Shown: positions 1 through 43,619 of the stretch, piece by piece | How the letters are laid out: each line of letters opens with the position of its first letter | Numbering within the stretch: the first letter of the stretch is position 1 | Translations under genes and position numbers: made by a program | The notes under the pieces: generated by a model | The model's input: only the letters and a program-made list of their open reading frames with translations | What the model was told of the DNA's origin: nothing | Databases searched by the model: none | DNA from: the human T2T-CHM13v2.0 reference genome, Homo sapiens | DNA: 64,000 nt | Reading direction: 5' to 3' (one strand) | Assembly: GCF_009914755.1 (NCBI RefSeq) | Contig: NC_060947.1

Positions 1-382
1 GGGTGCTCGCCCCTTTCCTCCCCCTTGTCCCTCCCTCCCACCCTGGCCCCACTCAGGAGTGAGACCCAGTGGCCAATAAGCTCTGGGACAGACGAATGGG
101 CGCCCTCCTCCTTCCTTCTGTTGGGCTGGAGTGAGTGGAGGAGGTGACTCAGCTCCTGGGCTCAGGCAGGGTCTGGAGGGGCCAGGATGGTCTCGAGTGC
201 TTGGCAGCTGAGGAATGTAGCTGGGCTCGGGTAGTAGCAGCAGCGAGGGGCGGGCCAGGGTGGCCAGAGCCCGGGGCCAGGAATGTGCAGCTGAGGTCAA
301 TGGTCCCGGAGTCCTCCCGACTCGGGGTCGGGCGGCGGGAAGGAGGGTGGCCGTGGCGGGGGTGGAGGTGGGTGCCCAGGGC
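1..382 (-). other. G6PD: G6PD 3' UTR (partial, continues off the left edge)
   Basis: Lies immediately downstream of the TGA stop (complement of 383-385). Confidence 0.9.
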
Positions 383-14538
<14,156 letters not shown>

Positions 14539-15052
14539 GACGCTGTCTGGTGGAAGAAAGGCTCGTTAACAAGGCAGAAGAACAGGAGAGCATTGAGAAG
14601 TTAGCCCCTTTCTTGAGAGTTCCTCTGGGGTCTCACACCAGGGTGACACCTGATTGCCCAAATCACTCCTTGTGAACGGCTGGGCATTGGGGAGTGGTTG
14701 ATGGGTTAGAAACTGCTGGCTCTGGGCTCCAGCCACTCTCTCCTAGGCAGCCTTCATTCAGGGTGTACATTACAAAATTACTCAAAGCATTGGTGTATTC
14801 CGACTACAGCATCAATTCTGGACAACCGAGTAAAATCCTTGTGGGGCATGGAACTGCGTGCCCAGGACCATCTCATTCCCGACTGTAGCGGGAACTCCAC
14901 AATGACCTGGAGCATGGGAGATGGTGCAGATGCTGGAGTTCAGCTCCAGCCCTCCCCTTGCCAAGCTGGGTGACCCCGGTCGGCAAGTCCCCTTCGCTCT
15001 CGGGGTCTCAGGGGCTCAAGAGAGGAGGTGCGGGGTATAAAGGGATTGGTTA

Positions 15053-15253
<201 letters not shown>

Positions 15254-15850
15254 TTAATCGGCGGGGGCGGGGGCGGGCGCCTGGGCTGAGCGGACCCGCC
15301 TCAGGCGAGGCGTGCGGGGCGGGGCCTCGGCCACCACCCCTCGTGCGGGCGGGGCGGGGCGAGGGCAGGTGCGCGCGCATCCCAGGCCAGCCCCTGCCTC
15401 TCGGGCACCTGCGCTGGAGGCCGGCCCGCCGGCTGCCTGCCATACCCGCTGCCGCTGCTCTGCATCCCCAATTCCGGCGGGCACGGGTGCAGCTCCGCGT
15501 AGTGCTCCCGCATCCCCATCGCCGGCCCGGCCCCGCCCCTACTGTCCGGTTTCCCCGCCTGCCCCGGCGGCCTCGCGCGCTCGCGGAGGGCTCCACTTCC
15601 GCCGGCAGCGTGGCCACGCCTCCTCTGGGCTGTCCCTCGGCTCCTGGGCGGGGCCTTCTGCCGCGCCACTCCCCCGGGAACCCTCGCCTGTTCGCGGGTC
15701 AAGCCGGCCCTATTGGGCAGTCTCTTCTTGATTCCTCCCCCGGAGAGGGCGGGGCGGCCGAGCGCCCCGAGGCTAGACGCCGCCGTCCGAGAGACGAGGG
15801 GGCGTGTAGGCGGTGACGCCCTGCAAAGTGGCCGGCGTGCTTATCATTAC

Positions 15851-15950
15851 CGAGCTTCCGCGGGCCTGCAGAGCCTGGCGGACTCAGACTTCTCTCCGGA
15901 GCGGGATGCGGCCCTACCGCGGCCTCACACTTCTCGCCGGCTTCCCGAGT
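15851..15950 (-). other. G6PD: G6PD alternative non-coding first exon (5' end approximate)
   Basis: TCG|GTAATG donor on the minus strand at 15850; the junction ...CGGAAGCTCG/ACAGCGTCATG matches my recollection of a G6PD transcript variant. Confidence 0.65.
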
Positions 15951-16002
15951 TCTCGGGGGCGGGGCTTGTGTTTTTACTTCCGGATCCCACAGCTATGACA
16001 CC

Positions 16003-16128
16003 GGAAGCCGGAAGCGTGGTAGGGAAGGGCGACCGCGAAACTGGGACTTTCTCGGAGCGCCGGGGCCCTACCAGCGTTCACAGTCCGCCGCTCCCACCCT
16101 TCTCACGTCTGACGGACTCTGCTGACAG
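16003..16128 (+). other. IKBKG: IKBKG non-coding first exon 1B (start approximate)
   Basis: CAG|GTGTGG donor at 16129 downstream of the ETS sites in the CpG island; matches recalled mRNA junction. Confidence 0.7.
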
Positions 16129-16239
16129 GTGTGGTCCTTTTCCCCAAAGACAGGGTTCCATCCGTGGGCGTTCCGCCGCCTCCGAAACTTCCCCCGGACG
16201 TTCAGGCTCCCCCCTCTTTTTTGGGCCCCAGCCCGTTCC

Positions 16240-16472
16240 TGCTCCGCGCTTCTGGAGCACTGGCCAAGGCGGGCCGATTCAGGACCCAGGTTACTTGGGC
16301 GGCGAGCTGGACTGTTTCTACTCCTCCCTCCTCCTCCACTGCGGGGTCTGACCCTACTCCTTGTGTGAGGACTCCTCTAGTTCAGAGACATATTCTGTTC
16401 ACCAAACTTGACTGCGCTCTATCGAGGTCGTTAAATTCTTCGGAAATGCCTCACATATAGTTTGGCAGCTAG
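16240..16472 (+). other. IKBKG: IKBKG non-coding first exon 1C (start approximate)
   Basis: TAG|GTATCT donor at 16473; matches recalled mRNA junction ...GGCAGCTAG/CCCTTGCCC. Confidence 0.6.
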
Positions 16473-16842
16473 GTATCTGATTTCATATGCCTGTTTGCTC
16501 GTTTTGCAAGACAACATCTGCCTATCGTCATACTGTTTCTGTGATCTGAGAATGAATGGGCTCTCCTGGCACATTAGAGGAATAGCACGGAGGTCACTAT
16601 AGCTGGAGCAGAGTGAGGGAGGGGAGCACAGTTGGAGAGGAAGGGATGGGGAACCCGATGGTACAGGGCCTTGTAGGCCGTTGTAGGGAGATTGGCTTTT
16701 ACGCAGAAGGCAACGGGGATCCATGGTAGGGTTCTCAGTAGAGGAGGAATGTGATCGGAATTACGTCTTACACTGATCGTTCTAGCAGTGGTGGGGAGAA
16801 CAGACCATAGTGGGCAAGGGTAAAAGAAGGGTGGCGTGGTAA

Positions 16843-17961
<1,119 letters not shown>

Positions 17962-18615
17962 ACCACTATTATTTTCAATAACAGCTTGAGATATCATTAG
18001 CATGTCACACAGTTCATCCATTTAAAGTGTACAATTCAATGGTTTGTTGTATGTATATTCACAGGACATTTTCGTCACCCCTCAAAGAAACCCCATACCC
18101 TTTAGCTCAGCTTATCTTCCCCTCAGCCCTAAGTGGCACTCCCCAGCAATCTTTAATCCACTTTATGTCTCTGTGGATTTGCCTGTTGTAGACATCTTAT
18201 ATAAATAGACTCATACAATGTTTAATCTTTTGTGACTTGTTTATTTCTCAGCATATTTTCAAGATTTGTTCATGTTATAGCATGTGGATGTACTAGATTT
18301 TGTTTATTCATAGTTGATGGACATTTGGGTTGTTTCCACTCTCTGGCTGCTATGAGTAATGCTGCTACAAGCATTCATGTGGACACATGTGTTTTCATTT
18401 CTCTCCGGTATATACCTAGGAGTTTTCCCATTATTTGGAGGTGAATTCAGACATCATCTTTAAACATTTAAGTGTGCCTCTCTCTAAGACAGGACTCTGA
18501 AAAACAACCACAATATCATTATGACACCTAAAATAGTTAATGTTAATTGCTCAGTGTGATCAGATCGGTTGGGGGATACATTTTAACAGGATTTCTTGAT
18601 GGATTAGATGTGCTC

Positions 18616-18616
<1 letters not shown>

Positions 18617-18674
<58 letters not shown>
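18617..18674. repeat. (TG)n(AG)n compound microsatellite
   Basis: Directly visible. Confidence 0.95.
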
Positions 18675-18675
<1 letters not shown>

Positions 18676-19059
18676 ATCAAAAAAGACTTTTGACAGCTGG
18701 AGGATGGATTCGCCATCAGCTGATAACAAAGAAGGCCTTGGGTAGATCTGGGTTTTGGGGACTGTCGGAGGTCTTAGAGAGGTTCGTTTTGAGAAGGCTA
18801 CTAGATAACCAAGTAGAAATGTCGAGTTTGATAAATGAATGTGGAGTTTAGAAAAGAGGTCTAATTAAGCATCAAGATTGGAGTTCAAGGCATGAGACTG
18901 GACAGAATTCCTGTGGGAGTGAATGAAGTTACAGAGAAGAAGATGTCCTAGGACAGAGCCCTGGGGCAGCCCAACATGAAGGATGGGAACCCAGTGAGAG
19001 TGCCTGGGCAGGAGTAGCCAGCAAGATAGGGAGGAAACCAGGAGAAGGGGCTGTTCTGA

Positions 19060-19629
<570 letters not shown>

Positions 19630-20006
19630 AGACATTTTAATCTCACAGTTCTGGAGACTAGAAGTCCAAAACCAAAGGGTTAGCAAGCACACACCCTCAA
19701 AGGCTCTAAGAGGGCAATCCTCCCTTGCCTCTCCCAAGCTTCTGCCCCATTTATTCCTGGGCTTGTGGCTGCCTCACTCCAGTCTCCGAGGCAGTCCCGA
19801 CATGGCCTCCTCCCCTTGCGTCTCCCTCTGGCTTCTCTCTTCTGTCTCTCATAAAGACACGTTGTTGGATTTAGGGCCCACCCACGTCACCCAGAATGAT
19901 CTCATCTTGAGATCCTACATCTGCAAAGACCCTTTTCCCGAATCACATATGTTTCAGGGGTTAGAACATGGGCATATCTTTTCGGGGGGCTACCATTCAG
20001 CCCACT
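19630..20006 (-). mobile_element. MLT1-type MaLR LTR fragment
   Basis: TCTCACAGTTCTGGAG...ACATCTGCAAAGACCC...ATTCAGCCCACTACA hallmark motifs. Confidence 0.7.
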
Positions 20007-20384
20007 ACACTGGATGAGGGGCCGGTACCCTCCACTTCTCCTGCTTGGAGGTGTGTAGGGGATCAGGATTCCCAGCATACTGACATCTCCCTCCACAAAC
20101 AGTCTTGTCCCGACTCTCCCATCTCTGGTGAAATTCTTCTATTTCCAGCCTGGAGCTAGGCCTTTTCAAGTCCCACATGGGTGGTCCAGCACCTCCCTTT
20201 GGAATGGGAGTATCTGCTACCCCTTAGACTGAAAACCCACTTTAGCATCCTGATACACTAGGTGAATTATCAGCATTCTGTTTAAAATGTAGCCCCAGAA
20301 CTCATAGGCTTTTTCTGCTGGGTAAGGATGTGGGTCTCCTGTGACTCCCCTGCTGCCTTTCTCTTTCAGCCCTTGCCCTGTTGG

Positions 20385-32843
<12,459 letters not shown>

Positions 32844-33407
32844 GGCCGGCCAGTGCAAGGCCACTGCCTGCCGAGGACGTGCCCGGGACCGTGCAGTCTG
32901 CGCTTTCCTCTCCCGCCTGCCTAGCCCAGGATGAAGGGCTGGGTGGCCACAACTGGGATGCCACCTGGAGCCCCACCCAGGAGCTGGCCGCGGCACCTTA
33001 CGCTTCAGCTGTTGATCCGCTGGTCCCCTCTTTTGGGGTAGATGCGGCCCCGATCAGGCCTGACTCGCTGCTCTTTTTGTTCCCTTCTGTCTGCTCGAAC
33101 CACTTGCCTCGGGCTAATCCCTCCCTCTTCCTCCACCCGGCACTGGGGAAGTCAAGAATGGGGCCTGGGGCTCTCAGGGAGAACTGCTTCCCCTGGCAGA
33201 GCTGGGTGGCAGCTCTTCCTCCCACCGGACACCGACCCGCCCGCTGCTGTGCCCTGGGAGTGCTGCCCTCTTACCATGCACACGGGTGCTCTCCTTTTGG
33301 GCTGCATGCTATTCCATTTTGCAGCCAGACCGATGTGTATTTAACCAGTCACTATTGATGGACATTTGGGTTGTTTCCCATCTTTTTGTTACCATAAATA
33401 ATGGCAT

Positions 33408-33413
33408 AGTAAA
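33408..33413 (+). terminator. Probable IKBKG polyadenylation signal (variant AGTAAA)
   Basis: Variant hexamer about 570 nt after the stop, followed by GT-rich sequence; I see no AATAAA earlier in the UTR. Confidence 0.55.
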
Positions 33414-33705
33414 AATCCTTGTGCATTAGTCGTGCGTATCTTTGGCATAGATTCTGAGAAGTGACACCACTGAGCATGGGCGATGGCGTAGATGGTACCT
33501 GAGCCCCCTTCCTCCTTGGAGCTTGGTTTCCCATCTCTCCCCACCCCCTATTTCCCTAGCCTTGCCAAGGAGGAGGTGGGAAAGCCCGTTTGGGTTTTTG
33601 TCATTCGCTAGGCCATGCAGTTCTCTGTTAAGAGTGAGCTTAAACATCTTTCCTGAGGCTTTAAGGACCTTTTTTAGTTCTGCTTCTGAATGGGCTGCTC
33701 ATATC

Positions 33706-34515
<810 letters not shown>

Positions 34516-35263
34516 ACTACTGGTGCTTCTCAGCCTCGAAGTTTTTTTTTCTTTATGTAGTCACATTTATCCATTTTTTCCCCCTTTTACTGCTTTGACT
34601 TTGGAGTCGTCGTGACCACCTTGTGGTCTGTGGGAGGGATGCTTCACACATGAGCACTTTTCTTTTTCTAACACCGAAGCGTGCTCTTGTCTTCACCAAG
34701 AGTGTTGTTGCCCAGTGTGACTGGTGATGGCTGTTTCATCATATTCCAGAAGTTTGTGATGCCATTTCCCACACTGGCCCCAATTAGGAAGAACAGACGA
34801 CTCTACTTGTTTTGCAAGATTCTGGAAATTTCCCGGGGTGTCAGAGCCCTGGGCATTAACCCTGCAATTGTAGCAAAGGAAACAAAGTTGGAAGTTGACT
34901 CCCCAGCACCCAGGCCTTCCTTCCTGCCCTCCTCCAAGCTGCCCTGGTTGGGAACGGGATATTGTGAATCCACCCTGAGGCTTCCTCACAGGGCTTCCTG
35001 CTATTTGACAGTGTGAGGCTGGCTAGAATTGGGATATGAGGCCTTCTAAAAATTAACCTGGCCTGAGGGCTTTCTCAGCATCTGGGGGCGGGGTGTGGGG
35101 GCGGGGAGTGACCTTTCCCCTCCTTCAAGCCAGGTGCCCATCAGATTCTACTTGGGAAAATGTGAAAGGCACAGACAGCTTGTCTGCTCACGGGTGCTGC
35201 ACTTAAATCCTAATCTTGCAATTTTTCTACAAGAGCACTTTACATTTTTTTTTTGGAGGGAGG

Positions 35264-36022
<759 letters not shown>

Positions 36023-37217
36023 TGGGGACATGTTCCAGTGCACACAGATGAGGGCAAATGCAGCAGCAGTGCCTGGGAGCTGGAAAAACACCCCTGCTTG
36101 GGCCCCCTGGACCAACCGAGTCAGAATCTTGGTCTAGACCCACCAGGCATTGGTCTAGACCCACCGCCCTGCCCGGAGGTGGGGCTGCCTCCTCCCTCCT
36201 CCGGTAGCACAGTGTAGGGTTGACCGTACACCAGACACCAAGGATTTAAAACCATACCATTTGCGCAGAAGTACGGCATTCCAGGGTTTTCCTTTTCGGC
36301 TTTACTTAGGTTGAGCTTCCAGAACAACTGGTTGGATTACTCTTGGGAGGGAACCAGCCTGCCTGCCCTATTGGCTGCGGCCCCTTGATCCACAAACGAA
36401 GCCCATCCCTGCCGGAGCTTGTGGCGTTCTCTGGTGTTCATGCGCGCTCCCCCTCCTGCCGACCAATGCACAAGAACAGTGCGGGCGACCAGTAAGCACA
36501 GTGAGAAAGCATTTCACCCTCATCAGTAACTAAAACAACAGCAAGTCTGACAGCAAGCAAAAAGTGATCTGAAAATGGCAACCGATGAAGCCCTAGGTGA
36601 GCGCTCTGCTGGCAAGGTGCAGGACAGCGGCCCTTGCAATGCTGCCCTTTCCGAGGGGGCCATTTGCTGGGATGGAGCAAGCCCGTAGGCAGCGTCCTCA
36701 GCCCTGGTGCGTAACCCTAAGAGAGAGTCGGGCACTCAGCGATGACTCTGGCATTGGGAAGGTGCTTCACTTCGTCATTTGTAGCTGCCAAAGGTCGGGG
36801 TGAGATAAGAGGCTGCGTATGTAACGATGTGGTCCGGCACAGCTGGCATTTTGAACATCTCCTCACACGCAACATGCCTTGTAGCATGTTGGTGTGAACA
36901 GGCCAGGTGACAAACTTATGGATAAAGCGTGACCCCAATAGAGAAGTAAAAGCTCTGAGTGCATACCCTGCTAACATTTGGACGGACGTGAGTAGCTGGG
37001 TGGCCAGTAATGAGAAGTTTTCCTTACATGTTAGTACCTTTCCTAAATGCCTATCATTTGCACGCATTCCTTTGATACACAGAGAATACGTCTTCCCACA
37101 CAGTCGCTCGGGTGGTAACGCAGCTTGGTTTTCTTCTGTGCCAGTGGCAGGGAAGAGCCCGCTGTTGACACAGCCTCTCAGCAAGGCACGGGGCAGGGGC
37201 TGACTGTGTCTCCTGGG

Positions 37218-38096
37218 GCTGCCGTGACCAAGCACCACAGACTGCGGGGCCGAAGCCACAGAAACGCGTGGCCTCCCGCTTCTGGAGGCCTGGAGGCTGA
37301 GCTAGCGGTGGTGTCGGCAGGGTGGGCTCCCCGCCAGGGCCGCGAGGGAGCTGCCTTCCAGGCCTCTCCACGGCGCCGGGGGCCGCCGGCTGCACCTCTC
37401 CAGCCTCCATCTCCGTCATCCTGTGGCCTTGTCCCCGCGGGCCTCTGTGCCTGTCCTCCTCTTTTGACAAGAACACCGGAGATACACAAAGGTACACAAA
37501 AGCGGGCCTTTGTTCAAGCTGGCAAAAGAGATCTTCTTCAGAAACCCCTGCTTGCGGGGGAGAGAGCTGAGCTCCGTTCCCGCCCCAGCAGAGGCGGCCT
37601 GGCCTTGCGAAGGGAGAAGGAGGGAGTCGGGAGGGGGCGAGTGCAGGCTCAGGTGAAAGATGACGGGGCAGCCAGCGTCCTTGCCGCGAGGCCAGCCGTG
37701 TGTGGGAGCTGCCGGTGCTTACCAAGGTTGGGATGCTTCCGTCCCGTGGAGACTGGGAGACTGGGCCCCGCGCCTCCTGAGGTTTCCGTTTCCAAGGAGT
37801 GGCTGCGGGGCCCTCGGGAAAGCCCCTGGGTTGTGGGTGCTACACAGATGTCTCAAAGGGACAGGGTAAGCCCTTTGTAGTAAATGCTGTCAGAAAGGGA
37901 GGTCAGGTGTTGGCCGGAACAGACAGTACATGCTCTGGGCAGCCCTGAGCGTTTCCAGACGGGAACTCACTCAAAAGGGGGCTGGGGCGTCCCAGGGGCG
38001 CGGCCTTAGGCTCCCAGAGGCCCCGCGAGGTGGTGGCCGGGTGTCTTCGGGCAGGGGTTTGAGTGCAGTGTGCCTGCCGAGAGGTTCTGCAGTTCC
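37218..38096 (+). repeat. 879-bp direct repeat, copy 2 (downstream of IKBKG exon 10)
   Basis: Identical to copy 1 at an offset of exactly 11,700 bp. Confidence 0.97.
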
Positions 38097-39012
38097 GAGC
38101 ACCATCATTTTCTCCTCCTCAGACCCCTTGGTTCTCCTTCCACGTCCTGGCAGCTGCTTCGCAGGCTCCTTGCTGGTTCCTGTGTCTCCGAGCTGACTCC
38201 CGAATTCTCTTCCTCTCCTTGCTCAGACACTGCCCCTTTGTGACCTCGTCCATCTTCAAGGCCTTGATGCTGATGACAGATTTCTGTCTTCCAGTCCCGA
38301 TCTGTTCCTTCACGAAAATGAGCCCAGTAGCCCGTCCAAGCCAGAAATGGACTTTTAGCCCCCACCCCCTGCCAACTCTGCCCTTTCCCTCATCCCCAGT
38401 TGCTTAAACCAAAACGGATTCCTCTTCCTCTCATGATCCAAACTCCTGAGTCCCTTCACCTTTTGCCTACACTATCACAGTGACCTCCTTGCTGCTTTCA
38501 CACTGGAGAGCGTGGGCTCCCTGTGATCTACTCTCCACATGGCAGCCAGTGTCATCTGGTAAACCTTTGCTGAAACCCTGCCATGCCCTTCAGTTGCCCT
38601 GGAAACCTGAACTCATCCTCAGCCTGGCTCGCAGAGCCCTCATGCCGCTGGGACGTCACGTTATGTCCCTCTCCTGCTGGCCCGCTGCACCCAGCCGCAC
38701 CACATGCCGGCCGCACCTCACACACGCTGGCCTCTTGGCCCTTCCTCGAACACACGGCGCTTGTCCTTGTTGTCCCCTCATCTTTGCATGGCCGATTTCT
38801 TTTTCTCATTCAGCTCTAAGTTTAAACTTTCAACAGTTCTAAGCGTATCACCTTCTTCATCTTAAAGTCCTCATCCTAAATCACACTGCACTGTTTTAAC
38901 TCCCAGCTTGGCAGTCCAAACGGCCTCATTTATTCTGCTTTGTTTTCTCTCTCCTTCCACCAGAGGGAGAGCAGAGGCCTCCTCCAGCTCAGTCAGGCAC
39001 CATCCCCCGGAA

Positions 39013-39404
39013 CAGCGGTCTCCAACCTTTTTGGCACCAGGGACCGGTTTTGTGGAAGACGAGTTTTCCACAGACGGGGATGGGGCGTGAGATGACGGTT
39101 CGGGGATGAAACTCTTCCACTTCAGATCATCAGGCATTAGTCAGATGCTCCTAAGGAGCACACAACCTAGATGATCCCTCGCACACACAGTTCACAATAG
39201 GGTTTGCGCTCCTGTGAGAGTCTGAGGCCGCTGGCTGATCTGACAGGAGGCAGAGCTCAGGCGGTCATGCGAGCAATGGGGAGCAGCTGTACACACAGAT
39301 GAAGCTTCGCTCGCGTGCCCACCACTCGCCGCCTGCTCTGTGGCTCAGTTCTTAACAGGCCACAGACCAGTATCGGTCCGTGGCCGGGGGGTTGGGGACC
39401 CCTG
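39013..39404 (+). mobile_element. MER1-type hAT-Charlie DNA transposon
   Basis: TIRs CAGCGGTCTCCAACC ... GGTTGGGGACCCCTG; imperfect 8-bp TSD CCCCGGAA / CCCTAGAA. Confidence 0.85.
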
Positions 39405-39580
39405 CCCTAGAACGATGCTCGGCACAGCTACACTCGGTGCACATTTCTTGGTGGCCTGAGCTTGTCTTGAGCTCCATCAGGATTTCTCTGTCAATATTTT
39501 TGTAGACCATACCCTGTCACCATAAATGGTGCTTGGTAGAAATGACTGTATGCATGTGATAGGGATAACACAGAAAACCC

Positions 39581-39946
39581 ATGGTAGAGAGCATGGCGAC
39601 TAACTTGGAGGGACTTCTTTTTGTCTTTTTTTTTTTTTTTTTTTTTTTCGTTTTTGCAGAGATGCAGGTATTGTCATGTTGCCTGGGCTGGTCTCAAACT
39701 CCTGGGTTCAAGCAATCCTCCCACCTGTGCCTCCCTAAGTGTTGGGATTACAGGCATGAGCCGCTGCCTCCCCGCAGCATGGGGGGACTTCTTATAAGCA
39801 TTTTTATTTATTTATTTGGAATTCGGATGGATAGATCATGTTGGCCTGATAATGTATGTGCAAGAGCACAGACTCTGGGGTCTCATGGACAAGCCCCACT
39901 CTGCCCCTTGCTTAATGTCTCTGAGCCTCAGTTTCCTCATCTGTAA
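39581..39946 (+). other. Repeat-derived 121-aa ORF (poly-T, Alu, MIR), probably within the FAM223A/CXorf52 lncRNA locus; coding unlikely
   Basis: ATG-initiated ORF built from T23, antisense Alu and MIR-like sequence. The locus assignment is from recalled gene order only. Confidence 0.35.
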
Positions 39947-40489
39947 CAAGGGCAGAAATGCCATCCGTGTGCAGCAGAGTACCGACGAAAGGATGGATGC
40001 AATGCTCTTACGGCAGTGCCCCACCCAAGGCACAAGGAAAAACCACGAAAGCAATTCCAGTTTACACCACGTCCCAAACTGGATTTTCCATTCGACTATA
40101 ATTCCTCCCAATAAGGGCTCAAAACGTTGTCTAAGGAAAGTCGATTGGTTGTTGCCCAGGGCTGGAGGAGTTGGGGGAAAACGGGGAGTGACTGCTGATG
40201 GAGACAGAGTTTCCTTTTGAGATGATGAGAATGTCCTGAAGCTGGTCATGCTGATGGTTGCACGTATCTATGAATATACTAAAAACCATCGAATTGTACA
40301 CTTTAGACATGTGAATTGTGTAGCATGTGAATTAAACCTCAAGTCGTTATTTTAAAAATGTTGTCTAAGACACCTGGGCGCCTCCTGTAAGCTCCCATGA
40401 AAATGCAAATGAAGACACAGAAGAAGATCAACATTGAACATTTACATCCTCTCCTAAAGCTATGTTTGACAGGTGACCTTTTTTTCATC

Positions 40490-40803
40490 CTTCCTTCCTT
40501 CCTTCCTCTTCCTTATTCCTTCCTTCCTTACTTCACTCCCTCTTCCTTATTCCTTCCTTCCTTCTTTCCCTCTTCCTTATTCCTTCCTTCCTTCTTTCCC
40601 TCTTCCTTATTCCTTCCTTCCTTCTTTCCCTCTTCCTTATTCCTTCCTTCCTTCTTTCCCTCTTCCTTATTCCTTCCTTCCTTCTTTCCCTCTTCCTTAT
40701 TCCTTCCTTCCTTCTTTCCCTCTTCCTTATTCCTTCCTTTCCTCCCTTCCTCCCTCCCTCCCTCCCTCCCTCCCTCCCTTCCTTCCTTCCTTCCTTCCTT
40801 CCT
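40490..40803. repeat. Polypyrimidine 30-bp minisatellite (TCTTCCTTATTCCTTCCTTCCTTCTTTCCC) plus (CCTT/CCCT)n
   Basis: Six perfect units at 40541-40720 plus partial and degenerate flanking units. Confidence 0.95.
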
Positions 40804-41872
40804 TACGTTTTTTAACAGTAGAGACAGGTTCTCACTGTGTTGCCCAGGCTGGACTCGAACTCCTGGAAATCAAGTGATCCTCCCACCTGGGCCTCCCCAA
40901 ATGCTGGGATTACAGGCTTGAGAACTGGCAGGGAGAATGGGCGACTGACTTTGTGTTGTGAAGCAGAGTGACCCTACTCTGTCCTTTCCTCAGAGACCCA
41001 GGGTTGGTACCAACCAGGAGACTAGCAGCTGCTCTTCTACCCGGCCCAGGTTGCTTTCTCTATAGTCATTGAGAGGGAAACCCTCAAACAGAAAGTGTGT
41101 CAGCAGGGGGCAGGCAGCTGATGGATGTCATTGTACCCTTGGAGGAACAGAACTCAGCGGTCACAGGAAGCGGGGAGATCCAGGGATTCCATCGGTCGCG
41201 TTGGTTCCGAGTGTCGCAGGCCTGAGGGGAAGGGGTGAGATTTGCTTTCTCAGTCTAGGAGAGCCAAAGTCGACAAATGTGTGCTATAGCTGGAAATAAG
41301 TCTTCTCCCGCACCTAGCGGGCGGTGGTCAGGGTGGTCTGTCTGTCCATCCCCGAAAGCACTGCAAGACCTGCCATCTGTTTCTGGTGATGCTGGGTGGT
41401 ATTATTGAGACAGATATTTCTGCTGAAAATAACTGCAAATGATAGATGAAACAGTTTGAGACTGTTCAAAACAGCTGAGAACCAACAAGAGAGCAAAACC
41501 TGAGAGGAAGTGGGAATCCAAGAAGAAGTACGCCACTGAAGCTGCTTATTTCCCGAGGACGCTGGCCGACCTGGGCAAACTTGGGTTTTGGTTCTGGAGG
41601 CCGTCCAGGCAAGGGAGACAGCAGGCAAGGCCCAAAGCCTTTGTGAAGTGTGGGGAGTTGTATAGCAGCCCCCGCTACGTTAAGGAAACCCCACCCCAGC
41701 TCTGCAGATTGCGGGGAAGCAGGAGATGAAAGGAAAGGGAAAACACCCCTGTGCAAAGTTGTGGCCAAGGGCCAGGTTCTGTGCAGACTTGCAGTCTAGG
41801 TTTTCCTGGTGGGGCCGTTCAGTGGCCCTCGAGTCCTAAATTTGGTCTGAGGTGGTCCTGGGCCGACAGTAC

Positions 41873-42322
41873 CCATATTAGTTTTCTAGGGCTGCCGTAA
41901 GAAATGGCCACAAACTGGGTGGCCGAAAACAACAGAAACGGATTCTCCCGTGGTTCTGGAAGCTACAAGTCTGGAATCCAGCTGTCAGCAGGGTTGGTTC
42001 CTACTGGAGGCTCTGTGGGAGAATCTGTTCCATGCCTCTCTCGTAGCTCCAGGTGGTTTCTGGCAATCCCTGGCACTCTCTGTCTCATAGAGACACCGCT
42101 CCAATCTCTGCCTCCTTCTTCGTGGGGTCATCTTCCCAGTGTGTCTGCCTCTCTCTCTTATGAGGACACTAGTCACATTTGATTAGCGCCCACCCCAATC
42201 TAGTATGACCTTAACTTGATTACATCGGCAAAGACCCTATTTCCAAATCAGGTCACATTCCCAGGCACCCAGGTGTTAGGACTTGAACATACCTTTTTGG
42301 GGGACACAATTCAACCCACAAC
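41873..42322 (-). mobile_element. MLT1-type MaLR LTR
   Basis: TATTAGTTTTCTAGGGCTGCCGTAA...GGGGGACACAATTCAACCCACAAC. Confidence 0.8.
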
Positions 42323-42399
42323 GGTTACCCCAACGGATGTGTGGATTCGTGGGAGCCTGGGGTTGAGATGCAGTCTCCACAAAAGTTCCTGAGTGAGAG

Positions 42400-42723
42400 C
42401 ATGTCCTTTGCAGGAGCGTGGATGGAGCTGGAGGCCATTATCCTTAGCAAACTGACGCAGGAACAGACAACCAAATACCACATGTTCTCACTTATAAGTG
42501 GGAGCTAAATGATGAGAACACACGGATACATAGAGGGGAATGAAACACACTGGGGCCTTTTGCAGGGCGGAGGTTGGGAGGAGGGAGAGTATGAGGAAAA
42601 ATAGCTCATGGGTGCTAGGCTTAATACCTAGGTGATAAAATAATCTGTACAGCAAACCCCCATGACACAAGTTTACTCATATAACAAACCTGCACATGTA
42701 CACCTGAGCTCTTAAAATAAAAA
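42400..42723 (+). mobile_element. 5'-truncated L1PA 3' end
   Basis: CATGTCCTTTGCAG...ATGTTCTCACTTATAAGTGGGAGCT...AACAAACCTGCACATGTAC...AATAAAA. Confidence 0.88.
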
Positions 42724-42857
42724 GAGCGATGTATTAATATAACAACTTTAGGAGCACTGGGGGAAAAAAAGTTCTTAATGACACTGAGCAGTGCACATAA
42801 AAACTAAGCACACCCAGGGCAGGAAAGAGACCATGAGACTAAGAGTTCAGATGCTGG

Positions 42858-43619
<762 letters not shown>

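Noticed and set aside
144-153. ARE-like GTGACTCAGC in the G6PD 3' UTR
   Set aside because: Isolated 10-mer lacking the terminal A and with no supporting cluster; expected by chance.
37218-38096. Exact duplicate as an assembly artefact or engineered insert
   Set aside because: Size, position and 11.7-kb spacing match the established NEMO deletion repeats.
40541-40740. 30-bp repeat array as a CRISPR-like locus
   Set aside because: Units are contiguous with no unique spacers, low complexity, in human DNA with no cas genes.
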